Shown here: one piece after another, positions 9,937 to 19,285 of the stretch
Layout of the letters: every line of letters begins with the position of its first letter
How positions within the stretch are numbered: the stretch's first letter is position 1
The notes under the pieces: generated by a model
Told to the model about the DNA's origin: nothing
Databases searched by the model: none
What the model saw: only the letters and a program-made list of their open reading frames with translations
DNA from: an uncultured virus (IMG/VR IMGVR_UViG_3300022660_003376)
Taxonomy: Duplodnaviria; Heunggongvirae; Uroviricota; Caudoviricetes
Virus record (IMG/VR): IMGVR_UViG_3300022660_003376
Length of the DNA stretch: 64,000 nt
Strand: one strand, 5' to 3'
Program-made: the position numbers and the translations under genes

Positions 9937-10680
9937 ATGTTATTTGTTGCTTCGGAAAAAAGAGAGTTCAGTCGCTCTCAGGCAAAAGGATTTAAAACAT
10001 TGAGTTTGAAGTCAGAAGACTTTGAAAATGGTAGTACCGTTAATTTTTCATTTGATGGTGATGTAATTAAAGGTAATCTTGCCGAAATCCAAGAGACTGA
10101 AGCTTCGGCTTCAGAGTATTCCTTTATAGTGAAAGAGTTTGGGGTATTCTCTGATTATCCTAGTCGTTTAGAAGTTATGTTCTTAGACGATTATATGTTA
10201 GTTACATTAATAGAGGGTGCAATACTGATAAACTTGGGTGGTGAGATACTCACCGCTACAAACGGTATCGATGATAGCACATTACCGAAGCCTACTTTAA
10301 ACAAGATTTATTGGGTCAAACCCGATAATCTCCGTACATATGCGAGAATTTGGCTAGGAGAATTAAAAGATTTTACAGACGATTATTTAATTTCGTTTAT
10401 TGCGAAATATTCTGGCGGTTCAGACCGTTATGGTCATGCTAATGGTATTAATGTATCATTAGCTGGTGATTTAATAGACATCTCAAACGGTGCTGTTACT
10501 AAATATAAAAACTTTTTAGAGCGTCAGAAAGTTACACAGGCATCTAAAGACTTTATAAAGAGTGTTTTAGCACCTGTTTCATCATCAGAAGACGATTTTG
10601 TTTATAATGAGGATGACTATGATGACGATGAAAACTATGACGATGAGGACGAAGATTATGACGATGATGATTTTATCTAA
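9937..10680 (+). CDS. Hypothetical protein with Asp/Glu-rich C-terminal tail
   Basis: AGGAGG RBS; ends ...DDEDEDYDDDDFI. Confidence 0.8.
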   Translation: MLFVASEKREFSRSQAKGFKTLSLKSEDFENGSTVNFSFDGDVIKGNLAEIQETEASASEYSFIVKEFGVFSDYPSRLEVMFLDDYMLVTLIEGAILINLGGEILTATNGIDDSTLPKPTLNKIYWVKPDNLRTYARIWLGELKDFTDDYLISFIAKYSGGSDRYGHANGINVSLAGDLIDISNGAVTKYKNFLERQKVTQASKDFIKSVLAPVSSSEDDFVYNEDDYDDDENYDDEDEDYDDDDFI

Positions 10681-10772
10681 GTCCGTAAGTTTGTTTGAAA
10701 AATACACGATTTACTAATATAAAGGGGTATACCTATAAAAAGGTAGCCCCTATTTTAGTTGGAGGTGATATA

Positions 10773-12305
10773 ATGCATTTTATTGAAGAGGCTAAGTTAA
10801 TGCTTGAAGATAATATAAAGGGTAGGCGAGTATTGATTTATGGTGACCCAGACGTAGATGGTATGGTTTCTTTGTTATTGGTCACACATCTATTAAACGG
10901 TATGGGTATCGAATACGCTTATTATGTAAATGAGAACAGGCATCACGGGTTTGTATTAGAGCCAGCGATGCTCAGAGACAGTTTTATAATCTGTGTTGAC
11001 TTTGAGGTAAAGCAGGATATACTTGAAGCACTTGTTGCAGAGGGTAGCTATGTGCTTAGTTTAGACCACCATGATATACAGTCCGAGCCTATAAAGATAT
11101 ATAATTCCGAAGGTAAATTGGGAGGTATCGTAATAAATAATCAGTATCCATTTGAACCAGATGAAGACAGGTACTTGTCAGGTGCAGGTGTTGTATATGA
11201 GGTGTTTGGAGAAATGTATCCAACATATAAGTCAAAGGAAAGGGAAGCCTTAGTAGGAATTACTTTGTTATCTGATGCGAGAGCAATTGAGAACAAGAAA
11301 GCTAGGGCTTATCTTAAAACATTATACAACTCAGATGCTCAATCGGGGTATCTTGGGTATTTAGTCAATAATGTAATAACTGTAGATTATAGTTTCGGAG
11401 CACCTAAGTTCGATAGAAACTTTGTAGACTACACATTCTCTCCAAGAATAAACTCATTGTTACGCTTTGGTTATGAAAATGAAGCTCTTGATTTTATATT
11501 AGGCAAAGGTTTAGCTGTACAGGGTACTAAAGAAAGACAGACCGATTTACTCCAGACAATTAAAGCAAGAGCGAGTTATTTGGATTTAGAGAATATCAAG
11601 GTCATCGCTGTAAATATGGACTCTTTTTCTGACTATGCAGATATAAGACTTGATAATTTTATTGGGTTATTGTGCAATGACGTAAAGGGTAATGGTAAGT
11701 CAGTGCTTGGTTTTACGTACAGTGGCAACACAATAGGCAGAGCATCATTTAGAGGTAGGTATGATGATGTCAAATATCGTGAGATGGCATTATCTTTAGG
11801 TTTAGACGCTCAAGGTCACTCTGGTGCATTTGGTATATTGAACTTTAATCCTACAAAAGAATTATGGAGTAGGCTGAATGAAGCTGTGGGTATTGCAGAC
11901 GGAAGTCACACGCAAACGGTGAAAGTAATTGAGACGAGTAATTTAGCCTTTACAATCTTACAGAAAGGTTTACATACTGCTACGGAAAATTGCTATGTGC
12001 GAGATATGTATCGAACATATTTTAAATACACTGGTAGTAAAGCTATAATTTTGAAGGAGACATATAAAACAGAGCCTTTAACACAGGAAGAAATAGCAAG
12101 AGGTATCAAGTATGATAAGTTAGTGAATAAGATACCTCATAAATATATACTTTCCTCTGATGGAAAGCGAGTACCTAAGTTTATTGAGTATTCTGTCGAT
12201 GGGCAGAGAGTAAAATCATTTGGTACATCAATAAGTGAGGGGTATATTTTGCCTATGCTTGAGAAGGGAGGCTTACAGTTATATGTGAAAGATGCAATAG
12301 ATTAA
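10773..12305 (+). CDS. recJ: RecJ-like DHH-family single-stranded DNA exonuclease
   Basis: IYGDPDVDG, LDHH, SGAGV, SPRINS, ASFRG, GHSGAFG motifs; GGAGG before ATG 10773. Confidence 0.85.
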   Translation: MHFIEEAKLMLEDNIKGRRVLIYGDPDVDGMVSLLLVTHLLNGMGIEYAYYVNENRHHGFVLEPAMLRDSFIICVDFEVKQDILEALVAEGSYVLSLDHHDIQSEPIKIYNSEGKLGGIVINNQYPFEPDEDRYLSGAGVVYEVFGEMYPTYKSKEREALVGITLLSDARAIENKKARAYLKTLYNSDAQSGYLGYLVNNVITVDYSFGAPKFDRNFVDYTFSPRINSLLRFGYENEALDFILGKGLAVQGTKERQTDLLQTIKARASYLDLENIKVIAVNMDSFSDYADIRLDNFIGLLCNDVKGNGKSVLGFTYSGNTIGRASFRGRYDDVKYREMALSLGLDAQGHSGAFGILNFNPTKELWSRLNEAVGIADGSHTQTVKVIETSNLAFTILQKGLHTATENCYVRDMYRTYFKYTGSKAIILKETYKTEPLTQEEIARGIKYDKLVNKIPHKYILSSDGKRVPKFIEYSVDGQRVKSFGTSISEGYILPMLEKGGLQLYVKDAID

Positions 12306-12346
12306 GGAGGCAGATAAAATAATATTAATAATGAGGGTGATATTGT

Positions 12347-13243
12347 ATGAAGACGAGAGCAAAATCAAGTGCGAGAGCAAAAGGTAGATTTATAGGTATT
12401 CTTATTTCTTTGTTTTTAATTGTAGTAGTTTGTTTAATGACGGCATATGCTACGGCTGAGAATAAGAAGACTATTTCAGTTGTAAGGTTGAAGAATTCTG
12501 TTTCGGCTAATGCTATCATAACGGAGGATATGATAGAGGAATACGAGATGTACTATAAAGAGTTTGAGCAGTATGCGGTTTTAACCTTTACAGACGGCTC
12601 ACGCAGAAGTGTAGTTGCGACATGGGAGGATAGAAACAATATAGTTGGCAAGAGATACGCAGCATACTACTTAAGAGAGGGTACTGTGTTGTTCTGGGAC
12701 TCAACAGTATCTCAGCAAGTTAAGAAAAACTCTTATTTATACTCAATGGATGGCGAGTTGCTTAATATCAAGATGAATACATCTGATTTCGGAGACATGG
12801 TAGTTCCAGGCGATACTTTAAATATTCGTTGTAGATATGCAAAAACTAGCTATGACTTGCCAAGTGAGGAGCAGTACAAGCTTTCACTTGAGAACAATAC
12901 TGCTTTAAATCCAGTTTCAACATTAGTTACTGAGATGTTATTCTCTGAGGTAACAGTACTTGATATGTTAAACAGTGCAGGCAACTCAATATTTGATATT
13001 TACTATTCATACATAAGTATGAGTAAGGCACAGCAGAATGCTTGCTTACAGAGTGAGGAGTTTCTTTCTTCAGTTAGACCAAGTACAATTTTGCTTGAAG
13101 TAACTGCCGAAGAAGCTGACAGATTTATGGAGATACAGGGGTATGCTCCTGAGTATCTTATGACTTTGCTACCAAGAACAGGTGGTAGTAGTATAATTGA
13201 GTCGTTGGCTGATATTCAGTCAGCATTGCATGGAACGAAGTAG
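12347..13243 (+). CDS. CpaB/RcpC-like pilus assembly protein (N-terminal TM plus SAF-like domain)
   Basis: Single N-terminal TM, SANAIITEDMI (SAF-like), VVPGDTLNI, LFSEVTVLD, ILLEVTAEEA; first gene of the Tad-like operon. Confidence 0.7.
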   Translation: MKTRAKSSARAKGRFIGILISLFLIVVVCLMTAYATAENKKTISVVRLKNSVSANAIITEDMIEEYEMYYKEFEQYAVLTFTDGSRRSVVATWEDRNNIVGKRYAAYYLREGTVLFWDSTVSQQVKKNSYLYSMDGELLNIKMNTSDFGDMVVPGDTLNIRCRYAKTSYDLPSEEQYKLSLENNTALNPVSTLVTEMLFSEVTVLDMLNSAGNSIFDIYYSYISMSKAQQNACLQSEEFLSSVRPSTILLEVTAEEADRFMEIQGYAPEYLMTLLPRTGGSSIIESLADIQSALHGTK

Positions 13244-13254
13244 GGGAGGTAGCG

Positions 13255-14316
13255 ATGGGCTTATTCAAAAAAGAGTACTCTCCGACAAATCCTACAGACA
13301 TATTGACAAATATCTTTAGGACGATGTCTGGTGATACATTGAGTAGAACGCTCAGATACAACATATTTTACAAAATAGTTGCGTTTAAGGGTGTTAAAGA
13401 CGGTCTTGGGTGTTCAACTATAGTTGCTAATACTGCGTTAGCTTTGGCTAAGGCAGGTATAAATGTATGTGTCGTAGACACGAGCATACTTAATCCATGT
13501 CAGAATGATTTATTACATACGAACTACATGGATATAAACGAGAAGAAGCAGGAAGACTGGTTTACTCTCGGTCATACTGAGAAGACTGTATTAAATCAGT
13601 CGGGGCTAAACAGTCGTATTTCTGTTTTGGCGTTTAAGAACAGGACGATAGTGGACTTAGCGTCTACTTTAGACAGTGATGCGTTGGTATCTTTGGCTTA
13701 TTCACAGTTAGCAACTAAGTTTGACATAATATTGGTTGACGTATGTGCTGAGACATCAAATATATGCATGGCAAGTATGCAGTATGCACATAAGATTATA
13801 CAGGTATGGAGTAATGCACCTCATGTTATGAAAAACGTAGATGAGTTTATAAAGAATACGTCAATAATGTCTATTCCTTTAAACAAGATGCGTTATGTTA
13901 TAACATCCATGACGATTGATGACATACCTATGGACTGGAAGAATGTATTAAATCAGTACAAGTTTAAACATCTTGCACATGTGGGTATGTCTTTGGAGAT
14001 TGCGAGAATACTTGCAACAGGCAAGATAGTGTATGAATTTGCATCAAACAGCAAAGACGTGCAGGAGTTTAATGAGTGCATACTTGATATAGTGACTCAC
14101 TTAGTATTACCTACGAAGGATATCAAGGAAGTTAAAATGACAGACTTAGATAACATGGGTATCTCTGACGGAAGATTAAGTGGGGTATTTCTTAGGGAAC
14201 ATGCTGATACTTCTAAGGACTTTCCAGAGGTATCGTGGCAGACTAAGGAGGGTAATGAAGAGAGGCAGATGCTACGAGATGTAGCGGAGCAGATAGAGTT
14301 AGGAGGCGACAGTTAA
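13255..14316 (+). CDS. CpaE/TadZ-like MinD/ParA-fold protein with degenerate Walker A
   Basis: IVAFKGVKDGLGCSTIVANTALALA, VCVVD, FDIILVD. Confidence 0.75.
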   Translation: MGLFKKEYSPTNPTDILTNIFRTMSGDTLSRTLRYNIFYKIVAFKGVKDGLGCSTIVANTALALAKAGINVCVVDTSILNPCQNDLLHTNYMDINEKKQEDWFTLGHTEKTVLNQSGLNSRISVLAFKNRTIVDLASTLDSDALVSLAYSQLATKFDIILVDVCAETSNICMASMQYAHKIIQVWSNAPHVMKNVDEFIKNTSIMSIPLNKMRYVITSMTIDDIPMDWKNVLNQYKFKHLAHVGMSLEIARILATGKIVYEFASNSKDVQEFNECILDIVTHLVLPTKDIKEVKMTDLDNMGISDGRLSGVFLREHADTSKDFPEVSWQTKEGNEERQMLRDVAEQIELGGDS

Positions 14317-15909
14317 TTGCTTAGTTTAAACACAATTTACTTATCCCAGCAGAAATATGGTGTTAGCGTGACACAGTTATCTGACAAAGACAGAATAAAC
14401 TATGGTTTATATCTTGCGAATTGTCGTAATTACATAAGTGATAAAACGCCAGCCGATTATTTCAACTGGGAAAGGCAGAAGCAAATGAGTTTCTCCGAGA
14501 CACTTATAATACAGTATGTTACGAGTAACGAGAAGGAAGTAGATGGCTTTATAACTGATACAGGCGAATTTTTAATAACAGAGTTAATAGACCGTTTGAA
14601 GACGGACATAATTGACTTTGGTATTCTTCGTAAGGCGTTGGATGATGATGAAGTGCAGGAGATACAGATAAATGATTACAAGTCTATCTGGATTGTTAAG
14701 AATGGTAAGAGCATGATATACACTGATGATTTGGGTAAGCCATATCAGTTTGTTTCTGATGATGAACTTCACGCAACAATAGACAGACTTGTATTTAACA
14801 ACAAATCTGGTGCTCAGTCAGCACGTATGACTACTGAGAACCCATTATTGAATACAAGAACATCTAACAATGGCTTTCGTGTATCAGGTGTAAACCACTC
14901 AGCAGTAACTCCAGACATGAGGGTAGGTTTTGATTTCCCTGTAACAACAATTACAATACGTAAATATGCACCAAGTAGACTTACGTTTTCTGACTTTATA
15001 GAAAACGGAACTTTAACGGAAGAAATGGCTCAGTTCCTTAAGATATGTGGTGGTTCAAATATAAAACTGGCATGTGTCGGACCGACTTCTTCTGGTAAGA
15101 CTACATTATTAAATGCGATAGTATGGGAAATCCCTAAGGAACAGCGATTAATACTTATTCAGAACCCAACGGAAATAATGGTATATGAGCGTTCTGAGGA
15201 GACGGGTACTAATCTTAGAAACACGGTACATTGGGAAGCAAGTGACCTTAGTGCTAAGGCACAGGGAGAGCCAACAACGCCTACGATGAGTAACTTTATT
15301 GCTCATTCATTGCGTAATACACCTGATGTTATAATTCCAGGTGAAGTTAGAACACCTGAGGAGTTCTTCCAGATGAACAGAGCCTTAAAGACAGGTCATA
15401 GGGTATTAACTACATTCCATGCTACAGATGGTGCTGATGCTATTGAGCGTATGGCAACTGAACTGGCGACATTGGGAGGTAGTATTCAGGACTATGTAAG
15501 TTCGCTTGTACGAAGCTTGGATATCATAGTTACGCAGATAAAATTTCCAGACGGTAAGCGTAGGGTTTCTTCGATTGAGGAGTTGACTGGTGGAGTTGAT
15601 AAGAACGGAAGAGCAGAAACGAGGGTACTCTTTAAGTTTGAATTGACTGGTGTTACAGACAGGGACGAGTACGGTAATATAACTAATGTACATGGTGAAT
15701 TTAAGAAAGTGTCAAGTATAAGTGATTCTTTAGTGCAAAAGTTTTATCAGTCAGGTGTTACAAGAGAAGAGTTACTGCCTTTCTTATCGGGTACTGACGC
15801 ATCTGGAAAGTATGAGGCATCCGACCAAGCATACAAGGGTATGTCATTAGACGATTTTAATGCTGGTCTGGATACGGTTTCGCATACGCTTGAAGGGGAG
15901 TTGATATAA
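14317..15909 (+). CDS. CpaF/TadA (VirB11-family) secretion ATPase
   Basis: EIQIN, ITIRKY, GPTSSGKTTLL, LRNTPDVIIPGEVR, TGH, TTFHA; TTG start abutting the previous stop with AGGAGG RBS. Confidence 0.93.
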   Translation: MLSLNTIYLSQQKYGVSVTQLSDKDRINYGLYLANCRNYISDKTPADYFNWERQKQMSFSETLIIQYVTSNEKEVDGFITDTGEFLITELIDRLKTDIIDFGILRKALDDDEVQEIQINDYKSIWIVKNGKSMIYTDDLGKPYQFVSDDELHATIDRLVFNNKSGAQSARMTTENPLLNTRTSNNGFRVSGVNHSAVTPDMRVGFDFPVTTITIRKYAPSRLTFSDFIENGTLTEEMAQFLKICGGSNIKLACVGPTSSGKTTLLNAIVWEIPKEQRLILIQNPTEIMVYERSEETGTNLRNTVHWEASDLSAKAQGEPTTPTMSNFIAHSLRNTPDVIIPGEVRTPEEFFQMNRALKTGHRVLTTFHATDGADAIERMATELATLGGSIQDYVSSLVRSLDIIVTQIKFPDGKRRVSSIEELTGGVDKNGRAETRVLFKFELTGVTDRDEYGNITNVHGEFKKVSSISDSLVQKFYQSGVTREELLPFLSGTDASGKYEASDQAYKGMSLDDFNAGLDTVSHTLEGELI

Positions 15910-16853
15910 TGCAGAAGATAACAACACTTGTAACAATTATCGTATTTATTGCTTTGGTATATTTCTTTTCATTTCAGTTTCAAAAGGCAATCACGAGTGC
16001 GTTGACTGCAATATCTAAGAAGATTGGTGTATTCTCTGCAAACAGGGAATACGCTATTCAGAGATATGTATATTTACATCGTAGAAGTTTTATATCCAAG
16101 GCGTATTACTGGATAAATGAGCAGTTAGTTGCGAGTGGCTTGAAGAGAGCAGGCGTAACGCCTGTAGGCTACATATTATTTTGGTTATCCGTTTCTGCGG
16201 TGATAACAATAGTTACGGCATTCACAACAAATCTGCGAGGTATACTTGTGCTAATAACGTTTATTGCGTTGTTTATTGTGTTCTTGACTTTAACACGAGT
16301 TTTTGTATCAAGTCAGATGGAACGCAGAGAAAACGAGATTATGGACGCACTAGACCTAATCATACCTGAGTTAGGTTCTGGTGTAAAACGTGCTATAGCG
16401 ATGTATGTTGATAACTTTGCACCGTCAATACAGGGTGAGTTTAAGGTATTCTTATCAAACATACAAGATAGAGGTTACACATTCCCTGACGCTATGTATA
16501 TTTTATCTGATAACTTGGGTATGATATTCAGGGACTTTGCTCAAAAGGCGATATCATATGAGGCACAGGGTGATAAAGAGATGCTTGGGGTGTTTGATGA
16601 TATTGTAGAGACAAACCGTCAGAGACGTGAGTTGAGATACATAAACGCATCAACATTTCGTTCTTTGAGATTGTCATTCTCACTTTCGAGTATAATAGTT
16701 GTAGTTTATTTCATCATAATGATGGCAAGTGATGGTTTCAGCAGATACTTCTTCTTGACTACAGACCTTGGAGTATTTTTATTGGTTGTGATACTCTTGA
16801 TTATATTTGGTGTATTCTCATATATTGCAACAATAAAGTCGAGGGAACTATAG
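15909..16853 (+). CDS. TadB-like inner-membrane platform protein
   Basis: Multi-TM, follows TadA, DALDLI..LGSG and terminal TM pair typical of the T2SSF/TadB fold. Confidence 0.7.
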   Translation: MQKITTLVTIIVFIALVYFFSFQFQKAITSALTAISKKIGVFSANREYAIQRYVYLHRRSFISKAYYWINEQLVASGLKRAGVTPVGYILFWLSVSAVITIVTAFTTNLRGILVLITFIALFIVFLTLTRVFVSSQMERRENEIMDALDLIIPELGSGVKRAIAMYVDNFAPSIQGEFKVFLSNIQDRGYTFPDAMYILSDNLGMIFRDFAQKAISYEAQGDKEMLGVFDDIVETNRQRRELRYINASTFRSLRLSFSLSSIIVVVYFIIMMASDGFSRYFFLTTDLGVFLLVVILLIIFGVFSYIATIKSREL

Positions 16854-16868
16854 TTTAGGAGGTAGTTT

Positions 16869-17813
16869 ATGTATTATGTAGTTGTTGGTATATTATTGAC
16901 ATATGCTGTATTTAACATACTTAGACTATTTGGTGTGTTTGAGAAGTCATCGGGTACTGCAGGGTTAAAGGCAAATGCGACACAGGACAAGAAGAAACAG
17001 CGTAAGCGAAAATTTGAAATTGCTAAGTTACGCTTTTATACTTCGCTAACTGACTTAGTGCAGGGTATCGCTATGACTGAAGACGGGTATGTTGAATTGA
17101 AGTTTTTAATAGATAGATTAGAGATACGAAGCAGTGTACTTGACAGACTTCTCACTCCAGCGGAGTTGAGAGGTCGTCAGTTAGTGTTCTTCTTAATATC
17201 GCTTATATGCGTACCGCTGATAGTGTTTAGCAAGCTATTTTTGGTGATAGGTTGTGCAACAGCAATAGTAGGTTGCATTTATATAACAGTTTTGAGAGAG
17301 AAAGTAAGTAAGGAAGATGATATAATAAACCTACATTTTATCGATTTATACTTGCTTATGTATTCAAAGCTACGTCAAGGCAGTAAGGCGAGATTGCAGA
17401 AGGTAGTTGAGTCTTATATAGAAACTCTGAGGGTATCCTCTAACGTAGAAGTTCAGGCTACAATGATGAAGTTTGCAAAGTTTTTTGTGAGTAATTTGTC
17501 TATGTACGAAGACCATGTTGCTGTACCGATGCTCAGAGAGCGTTACAAGTCGGCAGTTATAGTGAATTTCTGCAATATAGCAACTCAAGCTTTGCAGGGT
17601 ATCGATAATGCGGATAGTTTGCTTACATTGAAGCAGGAGTTGATGCGTAGAAAGTCAAGTAAGATGAGGGAGAATGCTGAACGTTTAAGACAAAAGGGTG
17701 AGAAAGCAATATACATGATTTATGTTGTTCTCTTTATCTTGATACTTGTTAGTTGGTATTCAAAGATGCCAGCTGATATGTTTGATACAATCCATTCAAT
17801 GTTAGGTTCATAG
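16869..17813 (+). CDS. TadC-like inner-membrane platform protein
   Basis: Second multi-TM protein of the same size following TadB. Confidence 0.65.
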   Translation: MYYVVVGILLTYAVFNILRLFGVFEKSSGTAGLKANATQDKKKQRKRKFEIAKLRFYTSLTDLVQGIAMTEDGYVELKFLIDRLEIRSSVLDRLLTPAELRGRQLVFFLISLICVPLIVFSKLFLVIGCATAIVGCIYITVLREKVSKEDDIINLHFIDLYLLMYSKLRQGSKARLQKVVESYIETLRVSSNVEVQATMMKFAKFFVSNLSMYEDHVAVPMLRERYKSAVIVNFCNIATQALQGIDNADSLLTLKQELMRRKSSKMRENAERLRQKGEKAIYMIYVVLFILILVSWYSKMPADMFDTIHSMLGS

Positions 17814-17826
17814 GAGGTGATATAGT

Positions 17827-18177
17827 TTGAATGGTATTGTTCGAGATGTTTTCATAGTTGTTGCATCTATGTTAATAGCCGTGTTACTTTACACATTATT
17901 TTTCGTAGGTGACAACTGTGCAATGGTACACATATGTAACGCTATTGAGAGACCTGTAGCTAAGTATTATAACGACATGGCACTCTACCCCAGTGTACAT
18001 GCAGATGAAGGTTTAGCTGAGTCTTTAGGTGTTACGTTTGCAGACGGCAATGATTTTGATGGAAGTGCATCAAAGGATAATGCAAGTTCTGCATCAACTT
18101 ACTCTACTGGTTGGTTTACCTCTGAGGATATACATTCAAATACTGATAGTGACGAGTTGTCGATAAGGGATTATTAA
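17827..18177 (+). CDS. Pilin-like protein (paralog of 18389)
   Basis: Short, N-terminal hydrophobic helix; aligns with 18389 (V..VF...A....LFF.....N.I...V.K.Y); AGGAGG RBS with TTG start. Confidence 0.55.
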   Translation: MNGIVRDVFIVVASMLIAVLLYTLFFVGDNCAMVHICNAIERPVAKYYNDMALYPSVHADEGLAESLGVTFADGNDFDGSASKDNASSASTYSTGWFTSEDIHSNTDSDELSIRDY

Positions 18178-18184
18178 CTCCTCA

Positions 18185-18354
18185 GAAATTTTAGAAATTT
18201 GTTGAGATGTTTCTTTAAAAGTATAATATCTCAATAAATTTATAAAATTTCAGGAATAATATTCCCTAGAAATTTTAAGCAAAGGTATCCTTATTTTGTA
18301 GTTTTTAAAACCTTTGCTAGTTCATTAAGTGTCGACCAACAGACTATTCTGTTG
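18185..18354 (+). promoter_or_regulatory. Three consecutive stem-loops upstream of the candidate major pilin
   Basis: 24-bp arms 18185-18208/18228-18251 (2 mismatches); agcaaaggt/acctttgct 18278-18319; caacaga/tctgttg 18337-18354. Confidence 0.6.
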
Positions 18355-18388
18355 CTTGATAAATATTATTATTTAGGAGGACTCGGTA

Positions 18389-18670
18389 ATGAGTAAGACG
18401 GTAAAAACAGTATTTGGGTTATTGGCTACTATCGTAGCAGTATTCCTTATATGGCAGTTGGTATTTAATGATGGTGGTATTCTTAAGACAGGATACAACA
18501 GCATAGCAAACGGTGTCAATAAGCAGTATGCTAAGATTGCAGGTACTGGTGAAACACTTATGCCACTGTGGGATGCGACTGGTGCAGAAACAAACGGTGG
18601 TGCATTTGATATTGATACAAGTGCTAGTGGTGGAGGAGCAGGAGCACCTGTAGCACCTGTATCTCCGTAA
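18389..18670 (+). CDS. Candidate major Flp-like pilin
   Basis: 93 aa, N-terminal hydrophobic helix, strong AGGAGG RBS, own downstream terminator, within Tad operon. Confidence 0.6.
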   Translation: MSKTVKTVFGLLATIVAVFLIWQLVFNDGGILKTGYNSIANGVNKQYAKIAGTGETLMPLWDATGAETNGGAFDIDTSASGGGAGAPVAPVSP

Positions 18671-18687
18671 GTAAGAAAATTTTAATT

Positions 18688-18734
18688 AAACTAAGGGGTA
18701 GGCTGTTATGATACAGCTTACCCTTAGTTTGTTT
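18688..18734 (+). terminator. Intrinsic terminator/attenuator after pilin gene
   Basis: aaactaagggg-taggctgt / acagctta-cccttagttt stem. Confidence 0.7.
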
Positions 18735-18755
18735 AAGGGGGGTTTATGAGTTTGA

Positions 18756-19268
18756 ATGAATAGAATAGTATATAATGCTTTCAAGGCTGTTGCATTATCT
18801 ATAATCTTTATAGTAATTTGGAGTTTAGCGTTCTATTTAATGAAGGTGTACTCCCTCAATCAGAAGATAGAGAGTGTTATGAGTACAATGCAACAGGAGG
18901 TTAGCAAGAATAACTATTTACCAGAGTCAACATATGATATGTATGAAGCTATGCTGATAGACTTAGCCACAGACATGAATGGTTTGAATGATACTTTCGT
19001 GCTTGGTTTCAACATAAACTATGAGCATGAGAGTAAATACGCTCCTACAGGTACTGGGGACGTAACATATGTTCGTCAGCTCAATACAGCAGGAAATTAC
19101 GGTGATATAGCTGTTATCGAGTTAGAGGTGTATATAAACGCTTTGTCATGGACATACAATCGCTCAGTAGACGGTGCAATGAACCAAGTTGAGCCAGATA
19201 GTAAGACTATAACAATGACATATACATATCAAGTACCGTGCTTACGTTATATAAGTATAACGGGGTAA
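18756..19268 (+). CDS. TadE/minor pilin-like protein
   Basis: N-terminal TM, amphipathic helix, C-terminal beta-rich region; position in Tad operon. Confidence 0.5.
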   Translation: MNRIVYNAFKAVALSIIFIVIWSLAFYLMKVYSLNQKIESVMSTMQQEVSKNNYLPESTYDMYEAMLIDLATDMNGLNDTFVLGFNINYEHESKYAPTGTGDVTYVRQLNTAGNYGDIAVIELEVYINALSWTYNRSVDGAMNQVEPDSKTITMTYTYQVPCLRYISITG

Positions 19269-19285
19269 TGTAAGGGGGTACTAAT

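Noticed and set aside
18178..18388. c-di-GMP riboswitch upstream of the pilin, as known for Clostridioides pil genes
   Set aside because: I could not find the class I or class II consensus elements; retained only as a generic structured leader
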